DNA of 64,000 bases, from the NCBI GenBank assembly GCA_029287915.1, contig JARFQE010000125.1:18114-82113 (forward strand). The letters run 5' to 3'. Positions 18,641-28,274 of the stretch are shown here, piece by piece (within the stretch, counting starts at the first letter, position 1; every line of letters starts with the position of its first letter). Position numbers and translations under genes: made by a program. The notes beneath the pieces are model-generated. The model was not told the DNA's origin. It worked only from the letters and a program-made list of their open reading frames with translations, and made no database searches. The DNA comes from Arenicellales bacterium (GTDB lineage: Bacteria > Pseudomonadota > Gammaproteobacteria > BMS3Bbin11).

Positions 18641-21373
18641 ATGTTTAGAAAATTTTTCGAGTCGTATGGTATAGCAATTATTTGCATCATTGCTGCAATT
18701 ATATACGTTTCTATGGCCGACGCTGCCAACGCAGAAGACAGACGCCCAATATCAATTACTGAGGCCAGCTGGGAATCCGGCGATGGGCGACTGGTCATCA
18801 CTGGCAGAAATGCCGGCAGACGCGGCACCGTTAAAATCTATAGTGTTGCTTCGAATGAACTGCTGGATACAGTGACAGCCAATAGAGAAGGACGATGGAC
18901 ATCAGAAACCAGCCCTGATCCTGCACCATGTAACGTAAGAGCTGTCGCACATGATACAAGCGATGAAAACCCGGTACTCGATGCGCCCGCAGATTGCGAC
19001 GGCGGACCTGGCGATGGTGAAGGACCACTGCCTGGCACTAGTGATACCTCCATCAACTCTACCAGCCAGAATGGCATGCCAGGCGCACCGGTTGCAGAAA
19101 TACCGGCGCCGGGAGAGCCGGGCTCAGGAGATGGTAACCACGTCATCCTGGCAATCAATGATCTGGGCATGCACTGCGGCGACCTGGATACTCGTATCTC
19201 CAGTATCCTGCCGCCTTTCCAGGTACTGCTGGCACAGGTGATTCAGAAGGGCAGCACCCCAAGCTTGAACCCTGTCGGCGTGAGTGTGGAATACTCCGCG
19301 GCCTCCAACCCTGCCGACCCGGCAGCAGGTACGGGTCAGACCTTCCCCGGCCGGCTGTCAGATGGCAGCACTTACAAGACTAACTTCTGGGATGCAGTCG
19401 CGCGCGGTTCTTATGATGCGTTCTACCCTGGCGGACTTGGCATTACGCCTCTGGCATCCGGAGGGTTTCCGGTAACGACGGACATAAGCCTTCCCGTACC
19501 AAATGTGGAAGAGCTTTACATTGGCCACGACGGCGTAGTCAAAAGCGGTGACGAGAGTCTCACGGCTGTGCAGCACGCGATGCCAGGGCTGGCCGCGCCG
19601 TACCTGCTTAATGAGCCACAGGCAGTCAAGGAACACTATGGTGACAAGCCGTTCTTTATTGACTTCCCGTTCGGCTATGTGGCGGAGGATGTCAACTGGC
19701 ACGAAGGAGCAGGTATCCCATTCGCAGCCTATGATGACTTCGGCCGCGAGAACGCCTACCCACTGGTGCGCGTCGCAGCCAAGCAGGGTGCTACCACAGT
19801 GGCCACAGTCGACACGGTGCTGCCGATTTCGGGTGAAGCAAGTTGTATGAACTGCCACTCTGATCCTGCAGATGTTCAGAACAGCCGCACGGAACAGCCG
19901 ACCAGTGCACTGACGGACGTCGGACTGCCTGTAGTGACTAGCATTAATGACCCGCAGTACGGTGACGTGCCTCACGATGTAAGTGTCGAGTATGCAGCTG
20001 ATATCAACATTCTGCGACTACATGACCTCAAACATGGAGCGAAATATGTAAATACCGATGGCAGCTCGACTCCATGCTTAGTCAGCGAGGCCAACCCGAA
20101 TGGCAACTCAAACTGTCTGATCAACCAGGCGCTGGAACAAAACAAACCGGCAGTCTGCCAGGTATGTCACTACACCCCGGCACTGGATCTGGCGCAGGTC
20201 GGCCCAATGGCCGGAGCTCCCGGTAGCCCCGCTAATGGGCGTAATCAGTTAGCGCATTCGAGCAACTCCAACGTGATGCACAGTCACCATGGTCAGTTTG
20301 CCGACCTGTTCCCGCCTATGCCTGCACCGATACAGTCAGCTGACACTGGTGCCATCGAAAACCAGAGCGAGCGTCTGCAAGTGCTTGAGGATACCTGCTA
20401 CCAGTGCCACCCCGGTACCAATGTTCAGTGTCTGCGTGGTGCGATGTTCAATGGCGGCATGTTATGTAATGACTGTCATGGTGATATGGAGCAGGTAGGT
20501 GCAGATTTCTCGCAGAACGTGTCACCAACCAATCCGGCCCCGGCCGCGCTGATTCTGGGTGGTAATTTTTATGACCATACAGACCCTCAACCGCGCGTAC
20601 CCTGGGCCAACGAACCGGGTTGCGGTTCCTGCCATACCGGTGACGCCAGTGATAACCTGGCGGGCACCGTCGATAGCATCATCAATTTGCGGGATATGAG
20701 AGGCAACCTGGACGGCCTGCGCCTGCGCAGGGCCTACCGCACAGGCGACATCAAGGCCACACCCATCGTGCCGACCAACAAACGCTTTGCAGAACCTGCG
20801 GTGCCGGTCTCGTTTGCAAACGCAGACGGGACGGTATTCAATAATCCTGGTGCGGGTAATCCGCAGCTGTATCGCGTGAGCACGGGACACGGTGGTGTGA
20901 TGTGTGAAGGCTGTCATGGTGCGACACACGCAGAGTGGCCCAACGCTAATCCCAATGCAAATGACAATGTAACTGCGAAACAGTTGCAGGGCCATACCGG
21001 AACCATCACCGAGTGCACGACATGCCATTCATCAGGTTTCAGTATTGACGATTTCAAGGGTGAGTTTGACAGCAATGGCTTGATGAAAGGCCCTCACGGC
21101 ATGCATCCGGTCGATAATGAATTATGGACCCACAGCCACAAAGAAGTCTTCGAAGACAGTGCCACTCCGAAGAATACGTGTCAGGCCTGTCATGGCAACG
21201 ATGGTCTCGGTACCGTATTGTCTCGGACTGCGGCTGACAGGGTGTTCGAGTGTAAAGAACGTGGCACGCTGTGTGGGTCAGATCAGAAAACAGTGTCCAT
21301 AGCAAAAGGCACACCGATCGGCTGTGTTGAGTGTCATTCAAATGAAATTGCTGGAGGGCACGATGACGATTGA
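18641..21373 (+). CDS. Large secreted multihaem c-type cytochrome (9 CxxCH motifs)
   Basis: 910 aa. N-terminal hydrophobic signal/anchor (GIAIICIIAAIIYVSMADAANA). A haem-free ~400-aa N-terminal region contains a Gly/Pro-rich linker. Nine CxxCH motifs then follow in the last ~510 aa: CMNCH, CQVCH, CYQCH, CNDCH, CGSCH, CEGCH, CTTCH, CQACH, CVECH. Confidence 0.85.
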   Translation: MFRKFFESYGIAIICIIAAIIYVSMADAANAEDRRPISITEASWESGDGRLVITGRNAGRRGTVKIYSVASNELLDTVTANREGRWTSETSPDPAPCNVRAVAHDTSDENPVLDAPADCDGGPGDGEGPLPGTSDTSINSTSQNGMPGAPVAEIPAPGEPGSGDGNHVILAINDLGMHCGDLDTRISSILPPFQVLLAQVIQKGSTPSLNPVGVSVEYSAASNPADPAAGTGQTFPGRLSDGSTYKTNFWDAVARGSYDAFYPGGLGITPLASGGFPVTTDISLPVPNVEELYIGHDGVVKSGDESLTAVQHAMPGLAAPYLLNEPQAVKEHYGDKPFFIDFPFGYVAEDVNWHEGAGIPFAAYDDFGRENAYPLVRVAAKQGATTVATVDTVLPISGEASCMNCHSDPADVQNSRTEQPTSALTDVGLPVVTSINDPQYGDVPHDVSVEYAADINILRLHDLKHGAKYVNTDGSSTPCLVSEANPNGNSNCLINQALEQNKPAVCQVCHYTPALDLAQVGPMAGAPGSPANGRNQLAHSSNSNVMHSHHGQFADLFPPMPAPIQSADTGAIENQSERLQVLEDTCYQCHPGTNVQCLRGAMFNGGMLCNDCHGDMEQVGADFSQNVSPTNPAPAALILGGNFYDHTDPQPRVPWANEPGCGSCHTGDASDNLAGTVDSIINLRDMRGNLDGLRLRRAYRTGDIKATPIVPTNKRFAEPAVPVSFANADGTVFNNPGAGNPQLYRVSTGHGGVMCEGCHGATHAEWPNANPNANDNVTAKQLQGHTGTITECTTCHSSGFSIDDFKGEFDSNGLMKGPHGMHPVDNELWTHSHKEVFEDSATPKNTCQACHGNDGLGTVLSRTAADRVFECKERGTLCGSDQKTVSIAKGTPIGCVECHSNEIAGGHDDD

Positions 21374-21418
21374 TCTAGCAGCATCTCAAGCGGCAGCGTG
21401 AAACACGCAAGGGCGGTT

Positions 21419-21444
21419 TTCTTTCCCACCATGCTGGGAAAGAA
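21419..21444. repeat. Perfect 10-bp inverted repeat (stem-loop) between convergent cytochrome and HD-domain genes
   Basis: TTCTTTCCCA-ccatgc-TGGGAAAGAA. There is no flanking U-run on either strand, so it is not a canonical intrinsic terminator. Confidence 0.5.
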
Positions 21445-21479
21445 AATCAGCACCTCATCATCAATCGAGCAGGCTAATT

Positions 21480-22010
21480 TTACGCTGGTCTTTTTGCGTA
21501 GATTTCATCAAAGATTGACTCGAGGCCAGGATGTATGCCTCGCAGCCTATCAATCACCGCCAGTGCCCAGTCAAAGTATTCCTGACGCCGCTGCACATCC
21601 CAACCAGCGGGTGGATTATATGCAACGTCGCGAAGGTTACAGATCTTGTCAGCAAGCTTGACCAGTTTCGCTTCATCACTAAGTTCTGATGCCGTTTTGA
21701 TCTGAGCCTGTTTGCGATCCATCTTGCATAAACTCGAATCGTCAGACACTTCCAGAACAATATTACATATCTGCTGACCAAAATGCTGTCTGAGTTCAGC
21801 TGCTGTCGTTTCTGTATCCTCAATCGTGTCATGCAATACTGCTGCTATAAGCACCTTAATATCTGTTATCCCTGCTTCATTCGTGAGTACATCAACAAGC
21901 TGTATCGGATGATTGATGTAGGGTGATGCACAGACATCTTTACGCCGCTGATCGCGGTGCTTTCGTGCCGCAAAGGCCATTGCTTTTATTAACTCACCGA
22001 GTGTTTCCAA
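21480..22010 (-). CDS. HD-domain protein, small (p)ppGpp hydrolase-like (RelA/SpoT HD domain only)
   Basis: 176 aa. It has a RelA/SpoT-like HD-domain pattern: HPIQL...AAVLHDTIEDT...KLADKICNLRD. Confidence 0.7.
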   Translation of the reverse strand: METLGELIKAMAFAARKHRDQRRKDVCASPYINHPIQLVDVLTNEAGITDIKVLIAAVLHDTIEDTETTAAELRQHFGQQICNIVLEVSDDSSLCKMDRKQAQIKTASELSDEAKLVKLADKICNLRDVAYNPPAGWDVQRRQEYFDWALAVIDRLRGIHPGLESIFDEIYAKRPA

Positions 22011-22473
22011 TAGAATTTCACTCCCATCATAACCATCGCACTAGGTAATATATATACTGGCCTTCAGATGATTTAGAAGGGCCGGCTACATGTGCTGGAT
22101 AGTAGTTATTAGCATCATCAGCTGACGCAATGGCAGCTTCATCACTATCCATGATCTGTACACAGCCTGCTGGAAAGCGTTTTCGACTCTTGCGTTTTGT
22201 ATAGACCACAGCAGGATGGACCTGAGATACATTTGTTTCTGGATCTGGCGGGACGATACCTTTCATAGATAGCTATTCAGTAAACCGATACTAAACAAAT
22301 ATACTAATACAAATATCCGCTAAGTGCTTTCACTTGTTTTATTTCATTATCACATTAGCTTAAGGATGGATGTGGGTTTTCAGCAACGTAACAGGTTCTG
22401 GCACCTCTCTACTATACAGTTTTGAGATTTTTTATACTGACATTTGTTAACCGGTCACCAATAAAACGGCAGG

Positions 22474-22510
22474 CATAAAAAAACCCCGCAGTGCGCGGGG
22501 TTTTTTTAAC
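22474..22510. terminator. Bidirectional Rho-independent terminator downstream of csp
   Basis: AAAAAAA-CCCCGC-agtgc-GCGGGG-TTTTTTT. The GC-rich 6-bp stem is flanked by an A-run and a T-run, so it can terminate in both directions. Confidence 0.7.
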
Positions 22511-22525
22511 GCTAAACTATCGTAA

Positions 22526-22729
22526 TTAGGAGCCGGTGACATTTGATGCCTGTGGACCTTTTGGACCTGTTTCTACGTCGTAGGTGACAGCCTGTCCTTC
22601 TTCAAGCGTTCTAAAACCTTCCGATGCAATTGCAGAAAAATGTACGAATACATCAGCACTGCCATCATCCGGGGTAATAAAGCCAAAACCTTTAGAATTA
22701 TTAAACCACTTAACGGTACCTGTAGCCAT
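22526..22729 (-). CDS. Cold-shock protein, CspA family
   Basis: 67 aa, [34 protein letters not shown] (RNP1/RNP2 motifs). Confidence 0.95.
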   Translation of the reverse strand: MATGTVKWFNNSKGFGFITPDDGSADVFVHFSAIASEGFRTLEEGQAVTYDVETGPKGPQASNVTGS

Positions 22730-23028
22730 GTGTAAAAAAACCTCAAAAATAAAATAAAAAAAATATTACAAATGTTTCCTTGCACAACAGCTTATGGCCG
22801 TTACAGATCTACTGTAAACGTGCATAACAATATTGTAATTCTATTCAATATAGGAAAAATGCATGTGCATTTTATCCAGTATTTCGCTCGAGTATATAAG
22901 AACGAATTATCATATACAACACTAAACTTATGATGGCAATTTCCCGTTTTATTAACTAGATAACAAACTGAAGCTGGATCGCAATGGTAGAATAATCTGA
23001 AAGTTCATAATGCCTTGAAGGAAAAGTA

Positions 23029-23565
23029 ATGGCACAGAATGCAACAATTTTTAAAGCTGATTTGCAGATAGCCGATTTGGATCGTAGCCATTTTCAGAAT
23101 TATGTACTTACTATTGCGCGCCATCCCTCTGAAACAGATATCCGCATGATGGTACGCATACTGGCATTTGCCCTCAATGCCAATAAAGATCTCGAGTTTA
23201 GCAAAGGAATAAGTACCGACAATGAACCCGACATCTGGCAGAAGAACATGACCGATGACATCCTGCTATGGATAGATCTTGGGCAGCCAGATGAAAAACG
23301 ATTGCGCAGGGCATGCAGCCGTGCCGAGCAGGTTGTTGTATACACATATCAAAACAGGAGCGCTGAAGTTTGGTGGAAACAATATGAAAAAACTTTGCAG
23401 CGATTCGATAAACTGAGGGTCTTCAGTATTGACGAGGACGACTGTAATTCACTTCAGCAATTAGTCAATCGAAACATGCAACTGCAATGTACTATACAGG
23501 ATGCTGAATGCTGGCTTACTGATGGCATCTCATCGTTACATCTGGTATTACATCAAAAAAAATAA
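23029..23565 (+). CDS. yaeQ: YaeQ-family protein
   Basis: 178 aa, near-collinear with E. coli YaeQ (IARHPSETD, LWIDLGQPDEKRLRRAC). Confidence 0.9.
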   Translation: MAQNATIFKADLQIADLDRSHFQNYVLTIARHPSETDIRMMVRILAFALNANKDLEFSKGISTDNEPDIWQKNMTDDILLWIDLGQPDEKRLRRACSRAEQVVVYTYQNRSAEVWWKQYEKTLQRFDKLRVFSIDEDDCNSLQQLVNRNMQLQCTIQDAECWLTDGISSLHLVLHQKK

Positions 23566-23568
23566 AAG

Positions 23569-24573
23569 ATGATAAAGCGCATTGATAAATCAACCACTGA
23601 AGCATTTGCTCAACTGACACCTGATCATATGCTAGATGCCATAGAATCGCTCGGTTTAAAATGTGATGGCCGATTCCTTGCACTCAATAGTTATGAGAAC
23701 CGTGTGTACCAGATAGGGATCGAAGATCAATCGCCTCTGGTGGCAAAGTTCTATCGGCCTGCACGGTGGAGCGATGAGGCAATTATCGAAGAACATCAAT
23801 TCACACTGGCACTCGCCGCACTGGAAATCCCTGTCATTGCGCCTGACACGGATAATAAAGGAGAGAGCCTGCACAAGTACGGCCCTTATCGCTTTGCACT
23901 GTATCCCTGTCGCGGCGGCAGAGCACCTGAGCTTGACAACCCTGAGCACCTGGAGCAGCTGGGCCGGTTTATTGCTCGCATTCATGCAGAGGGCGCGACA
24001 AAAAAATTCAATTACAGACCTGATCTTGATATCGATAGTTTTGTCATTAACGCGAGAGAATTTCTTCTTACTAACGAATTTATTCCCATTCATCTCATTG
24101 ATGCTTATCAGAGTCTGACGGCCGACCTGATTAAACAGATTGAACAGTGCTTTGATCGAGCAGGTGAAGTACGCAACATTCGATTGCATGGTGATTGTCA
24201 CCCGGGCAATATTTTATGGACCGATGATGGACCACATATTGTTGATTTTGATGATGCCCGCATGGGACCAGCGATACAGGACCTGTGGATGTTTTTATCC
24301 GGAGACCGTAACTATAGGACTGCACGGCTTTCTGATCTGCTGGAGGGTTATACGCAGTTCTATGATTTTAATCCTGCAGAATTGCATCTCATTGAAGCAT
24401 TACGGACTATGCGCCTGATCCACTATGCCGCATGGCTGGCCAGGCGCTGGGACGACCCGGCTTTTCCACAAGCCTTCCCGTGGTTCAACAGCCTGCAATA
24501 CTGGGAGGACCAGATACTTACTTTACGCGAACAGGCAGTATTGATGAATGAGCCAGTATTGGTTTGGGATTAA
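23569..24573 (+). CDS. srkA: Stress-response Ser/Thr kinase SrkA (YihE/RdoA family)
   Basis: 334 aa. Aminoglycoside-phosphotransferase-like kinase fold; HGDCHPGNILW catalytic loop; IVDFDDARMGP. Confidence 0.85.
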   Translation: MIKRIDKSTTEAFAQLTPDHMLDAIESLGLKCDGRFLALNSYENRVYQIGIEDQSPLVAKFYRPARWSDEAIIEEHQFTLALAALEIPVIAPDTDNKGESLHKYGPYRFALYPCRGGRAPELDNPEHLEQLGRFIARIHAEGATKKFNYRPDLDIDSFVINAREFLLTNEFIPIHLIDAYQSLTADLIKQIEQCFDRAGEVRNIRLHGDCHPGNILWTDDGPHIVDFDDARMGPAIQDLWMFLSGDRNYRTARLSDLLEGYTQFYDFNPAELHLIEALRTMRLIHYAAWLARRWDDPAFPQAFPWFNSLQYWEDQILTLREQAVLMNEPVLVWD

Positions 24574-26015
24574 CCTTGTATCTGACCTATCAAACCCTGC
24601 ACCCACTGTTCAAGTTGCTGCATCAGTTTCAGTTTGTCTTTTTCGTCCTCTTCATCATAAATCTCGCGCAGCCTCTGATTAAAACCGTCCAACGTGAGCG
24701 TACTGCCGAAGTCTCCTTCCAGCAACCTTACACGACAGAACTCCCGCCACCATTTCTGATCTTTTTCAGATAACAAATATGGCCAGTTGCGCGCGCGGTA
24801 ACGAGGGTAAAGTTGTTGCAATCTTTGATCATCAAAATCCGGTTGCCATTCCATCAGTTCTTCAGCTTTGGAATTAATCACCTTATTGCACAAACGACGA
24901 TCTGCATCACTAATAAAACTACCATACAAAGAAGAGTCAACATCAGGGGTCTCCATTGCAGGCCGAGACTCAAAAACTTCCCGTAGCCGTTGTACCAGTC
25001 CTTTGTCTGCCAATAGCTGATCACGATTTTTTCTAATGCCAGTAAGATCAATTTTCCAGCGCTTTGCCTCGGCACCACGCAAGGTTGATATTGGTGCCAC
25101 AGCTGGTGATTTATTGATGTGTAGAGTCTTAATTCCTAACCGCTCTACTCCTTCCGGCATTTCATCTTTCGGGGTAAATATATTCTGACTTATTTCCTTC
25201 GATGACATGGCTAGCAATCGCTTCGGATCCTGACGCAGATCAATAACAACTATTTCATTTTTATTCTGGTTGTTTCTGGCCAGTGGCAGTACAGGTGCTA
25301 TACGCCCGAACTCTATCGGGTACATGCCCGACACATGAAGTATCGGTGTTGCCTCTTTCAGGTCTTTAATAACCTTAAGAACTTCGTTCTTGCGTCTCAG
25401 CTTTAAATAGTAATTAAACAGATCGGGTTGCTGCTGCTTGATCAGCCTTGCCATTCCAATCGTCGCATGGACATCAGACAGTGCATCATGTGCACCAACA
25501 TGAGGAATATTATTAGCAACCGTCATATCCTCCAGCCGAAAACTCGGCACACCATCTTCCCGAATTGGCCAATTGATACCTTCTGGTCGCAGGGCATAAG
25601 TCATGCGGACCAGGTCTATGATATCCCAGCGGCTGTTACCATTTTTCCATTCCCTCACATAGGGGTCATAAAAGTTTCTAAAGAAACCGAAGCGTGTTAC
25701 TTCATCATCAAAACGCAGGCTGTTATACCCCACACTACAGGTCCCGGGCTGCGACATTTGCTGATAGATGTGCTGGAAAAACTCGGCTTCGGGTATGCCT
25801 TTTTCACTGGCGACCTGTGGCAGCAGACCAGTAATCATTACTGAATCGGGGTGAGGTATAAAATCACCACTGGGGCGACAATAGATCATTACTTCATCAT
25901 CGATAATTTCCAATTCAGCATTAGTACGAATACCGGCAAACTGAGACGGACGATCTGCACGGGGATTGAGACCCCATGTTTCATAGTCGTGCCAGAAAAA
26001 TGACATCTCGGACAT
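24570..26015 (-). CDS. sbcB: Exodeoxyribonuclease I
   Basis: 481 aa. FFWHDYETWGLNPRADRPSQFAGIRT DnaQ-like exonuclease N-terminus and typical SbcB length. Confidence 0.95.
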   Translation of the reverse strand: MSEMSFFWHDYETWGLNPRADRPSQFAGIRTNAELEIIDDEVMIYCRPSGDFIPHPDSVMITGLLPQVASEKGIPEAEFFQHIYQQMSQPGTCSVGYNSLRFDDEVTRFGFFRNFYDPYVREWKNGNSRWDIIDLVRMTYALRPEGINWPIREDGVPSFRLEDMTVANNIPHVGAHDALSDVHATIGMARLIKQQQPDLFNYYLKLRRKNEVLKVIKDLKEATPILHVSGMYPIEFGRIAPVLPLARNNQNKNEIVVIDLRQDPKRLLAMSSKEISQNIFTPKDEMPEGVERLGIKTLHINKSPAVAPISTLRGAEAKRWKIDLTGIRKNRDQLLADKGLVQRLREVFESRPAMETPDVDSSLYGSFISDADRRLCNKVINSKAEELMEWQPDFDDQRLQQLYPRYRARNWPYLLSEKDQKWWREFCRVRLLEGDFGSTLTLDGFNQRLREIYDEEDEKDKLKLMQQLEQWVQGLIGQIQG

Positions 26016-26141
26016 GGATAAATCCTATATTATTAAGTTTCTGCCATGATATAGATTGCGAGAAAATAGTGACAGCAAAATACGGTGTTCAGTGTTCAAT
26101 TAGTTGCAGTTTTATTGTTAAACAAAAATAGAGCACTGAAA

Positions 26142-26636
26142 CTACGCTTCCTGTAAATTTTTTAGATACTGAAACAACAATCGAGCATACCTGGGTGGTT
26201 TTTCCATCTTACGTTCCTTACGGGCATTACGTACCAGTTGCCTGAGTTGCTGGCGATCTGTATCAGGGAACCGACTTATCAGCCTGTTTATGACTTCATC
26301 ATCACCTTCTATAAGGCGGTCTCTCCAATGTTCAATTTCATGAAAAGCCTTAACCTCGTCTCTTTGAGGTTGATAAATCTGAATCATTGTCTGTCTAATA
26401 GCTGCCTCATCTTCATCTCGTAGTAGCTTGCCTATATGCTGTAGCTGTCGTCGCAATGCTTCACGTTTTGAATTTTGCGCCAGTACAATCGCATCCACAA
26501 GAGTTTCTGAGAATTCGAACTTTGCTAACTCCCCGGCAGGTAAATCAACCAGCTCTCTACCCAGATCACGTAAGGCGCGCATTTCGCGTTTAACCTGAGA
26601 TTTGCTTTTCGTTAAATTCTCATTCTTTTCAGTCAT
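26142..26636 (-). CDS. yjgA: Ribosome-associated protein YjgA (DUF615)
   Basis: SKSQVKREMRALRDLGRELVDLP...REALRRQLQHIGKLLRDED pattern. Start placed at MTEKN to avoid overlap with the downstream gene; the track ORF extends to 26672. Confidence 0.75.
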   Translation of the reverse strand: MTEKNENLTKSKSQVKREMRALRDLGRELVDLPAGELAKFEFSETLVDAIVLAQNSKREALRRQLQHIGKLLRDEDEAAIRQTMIQIYQPQRDEVKAFHEIEHWRDRLIEGDDEVINRLISRFPDTDRQQLRQLVRNARKERKMEKPPRYARLLFQYLKNLQEA

Positions 26637-26646
26637 CGTTTTCTCA

Positions 26647-27300
26647 TTAACTATCAACTGATAACATTTCAATTAATTTAAGCATGGGTGATGCATCCAG
26701 GTAGTCGATGGCAACTGGCCAGACAGCGTCGTCCACCTTTAGTACAAGACTCGGTAAGCTTTCGGCATGAAGCTCTGTTGATAATTGTATTTCATCCTTC
26801 AGGATCTGCTCGGTAGTGTCTGCGTTAATGTCTACACTGAATCGATGCTCATCCAGACCGATGTCAGCAGCCAGCTCTATTAATGTCTCGTTATCCGATG
26901 GATTTTTTGCTTCTTCATAGTATGCCTGTTGTATACGTTCCGTCATCGCTTCATCATATTCATCCCCCTGCTGTCGCGCCGCGATGACCGCTCGACAGGC
27001 TGGATAGGTTGAGCGTCTCGGCTGACATAGATGCCAGAAATCAAAGTTAAACCGTAGACCCGGGACCTTGTATTCAATACTTCGCCAGTTCTGCTGAATA
27101 TACTGTTGCATCACTGCTGACATAGGCTGATCATCATCTGCAGCCAGACCACCGAGCAAACGCCTGATAGTTACATTTTCTGGCACGGATTCAAAAAGTT
27201 TTTTTCTTGCCTGGGCGAAGCCCCAGCACCAGCTGCACATGGGATCATGTATATAAAACAGTTCTGCGGTCATTCCAGATCTCTGATCAACAGGTGCCAT
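26647..27300 (-). CDS. DsbA-family thiol:disulfide oxidoreductase (FrnE-like)
   Basis: 217 aa, CSWC thioredoxin active site near N-terminus (start may be the internal MTAEL). Confidence 0.75.
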   Translation of the reverse strand: MAPVDQRSGMTAELFYIHDPMCSWCWGFAQARKKLFESVPENVTIRRLLGGLAADDDQPMSAVMQQYIQQNWRSIEYKVPGLRFNFDFWHLCQPRRSTYPACRAVIAARQQGDEYDEAMTERIQQAYYEEAKNPSDNETLIELAADIGLDEHRFSVDINADTTEQILKDEIQLSTELHAESLPSLVLKVDDAVWPVAIDYLDASPMLKLIEMLSVDS

Positions 27301-27362
27301 TACTATAATTGTGGGTTATTATATAGGATTACCATCTCACTACTTAGCATAAGGAAGCACCA

Positions 27363-28166
27363 ATGTCCCGAAAACCAAAAGTCATCGGAAAACGTGCCTA
27401 CGAAAAGGCCTTGTTCTCCCTGCAGCTCGAGCTTGTCAAGCTGCAGGCATGGGTACAACACAAAGAGCTTAAAGTGGTGGTTATCTTTGAAGGACGAGAC
27501 GCTGCAGGAAAAGGCGGCGTAATCAAACGTATAACTCAGCACCTGAATCCACGTGTCGCACGCGTAGTTGCTCTGCCGGCACCGACCGAAAGGGAAAAGA
27601 CACAATGGTATTTTCAGCGCTATGCAGCGCATCTGCCGGCGGCAGGTGAAATCGTACTGTTTGATCGCAGCTGGTATAACCGAGCTGGGGTTGAAAAAGT
27701 GATGGGTTTTTGCACAGAAGATGAATACCGAGAGTTCCTTCGTTCCTGCCCTGGATTTGAACGTATGCTGGTTCGTTCAGGAATTATTCTCATCAAATAC
27801 TGGTTCTCTGTTTCGGATGAGGTGCAGGAAAAAAGGTTCAAGGCACGCTTAAAAGAACCCCACAAACGTTGGAAACTAAGCCCTATGGACCTGGAATCCC
27901 TTACCCGCTGGGAGGAATATTCGAAAGCAAAAGACCAGATGTTTGCACACACCGACATCAAGCAGGCGCCCTGGTATGTTGTCAACTCAGACATAAAAAA
28001 ACATGCCCGTCTGAACTGCATCTCTCACCTGCTGAGCCTGATACCATATGAGGACCTGACACCAGAAGAAATCGTCCTTCCTAAACGAAAAAAGACAGTG
28101 GGATATGTGCGGCCACCTATGTCCGACCAGACCTTTGTACCCGAAATTTATCCAAAAGATGATTAG
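27363..28166 (+). CDS. ppk2: Polyphosphate kinase 2 (single-domain PPK2)
   Basis: 267 aa. Walker A GRDAAGKGG, lid FDRSWYNRAGVEKV, Walker B-like motifs. Confidence 0.9.
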   Translation: MSRKPKVIGKRAYEKALFSLQLELVKLQAWVQHKELKVVVIFEGRDAAGKGGVIKRITQHLNPRVARVVALPAPTEREKTQWYFQRYAAHLPAAGEIVLFDRSWYNRAGVEKVMGFCTEDEYREFLRSCPGFERMLVRSGIILIKYWFSVSDEVQEKRFKARLKEPHKRWKLSPMDLESLTRWEEYSKAKDQMFAHTDIKQAPWYVVNSDIKKHARLNCISHLLSLIPYEDLTPEEIVLPKRKKTVGYVRPPMSDQTFVPEIYPKDD

Positions 28167-28274
28167 CAGGAAAATCTAATTCTGATCTAAATCAAGGAAT
28201 GTAATACTCTCTGCGATATAATTAAGCGTTTATAATGCAATTCATCGTTAACACACGATGAATCTCTATAGTTA

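Noticed and set aside
18838-21341. Numerous ORFs overlapping the multihaem cytochrome gene on both strands (e.g. 19358..19975(-), 20522..21028(-))
   Set aside because: The plus-strand 910-aa ORF carries nine CxxCH motifs and a signal peptide. The overlapping ORFs are shadow frames of a GC-richer gene.
21419-21444. Stem-loop as intrinsic terminator for the cytochrome or HD gene
   Set aside because: A perfect 10-bp stem, but neither strand has the U-tract needed for Rho-independent termination. Kept only as an inverted repeat.
22027-22266. 79-aa ORF upstream of the HD-domain gene
   Set aside because: No SD, and an odd composition (basic patch then YY-rich tail). It could be real, but I cannot support it beyond being an open frame.
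22573-22785. 70-aa ORF overlapping csp on the same strand in another frame
   Set aside because: The csp reading frame is unambiguous (RNP motifs). This is an alternative-frame artefact.
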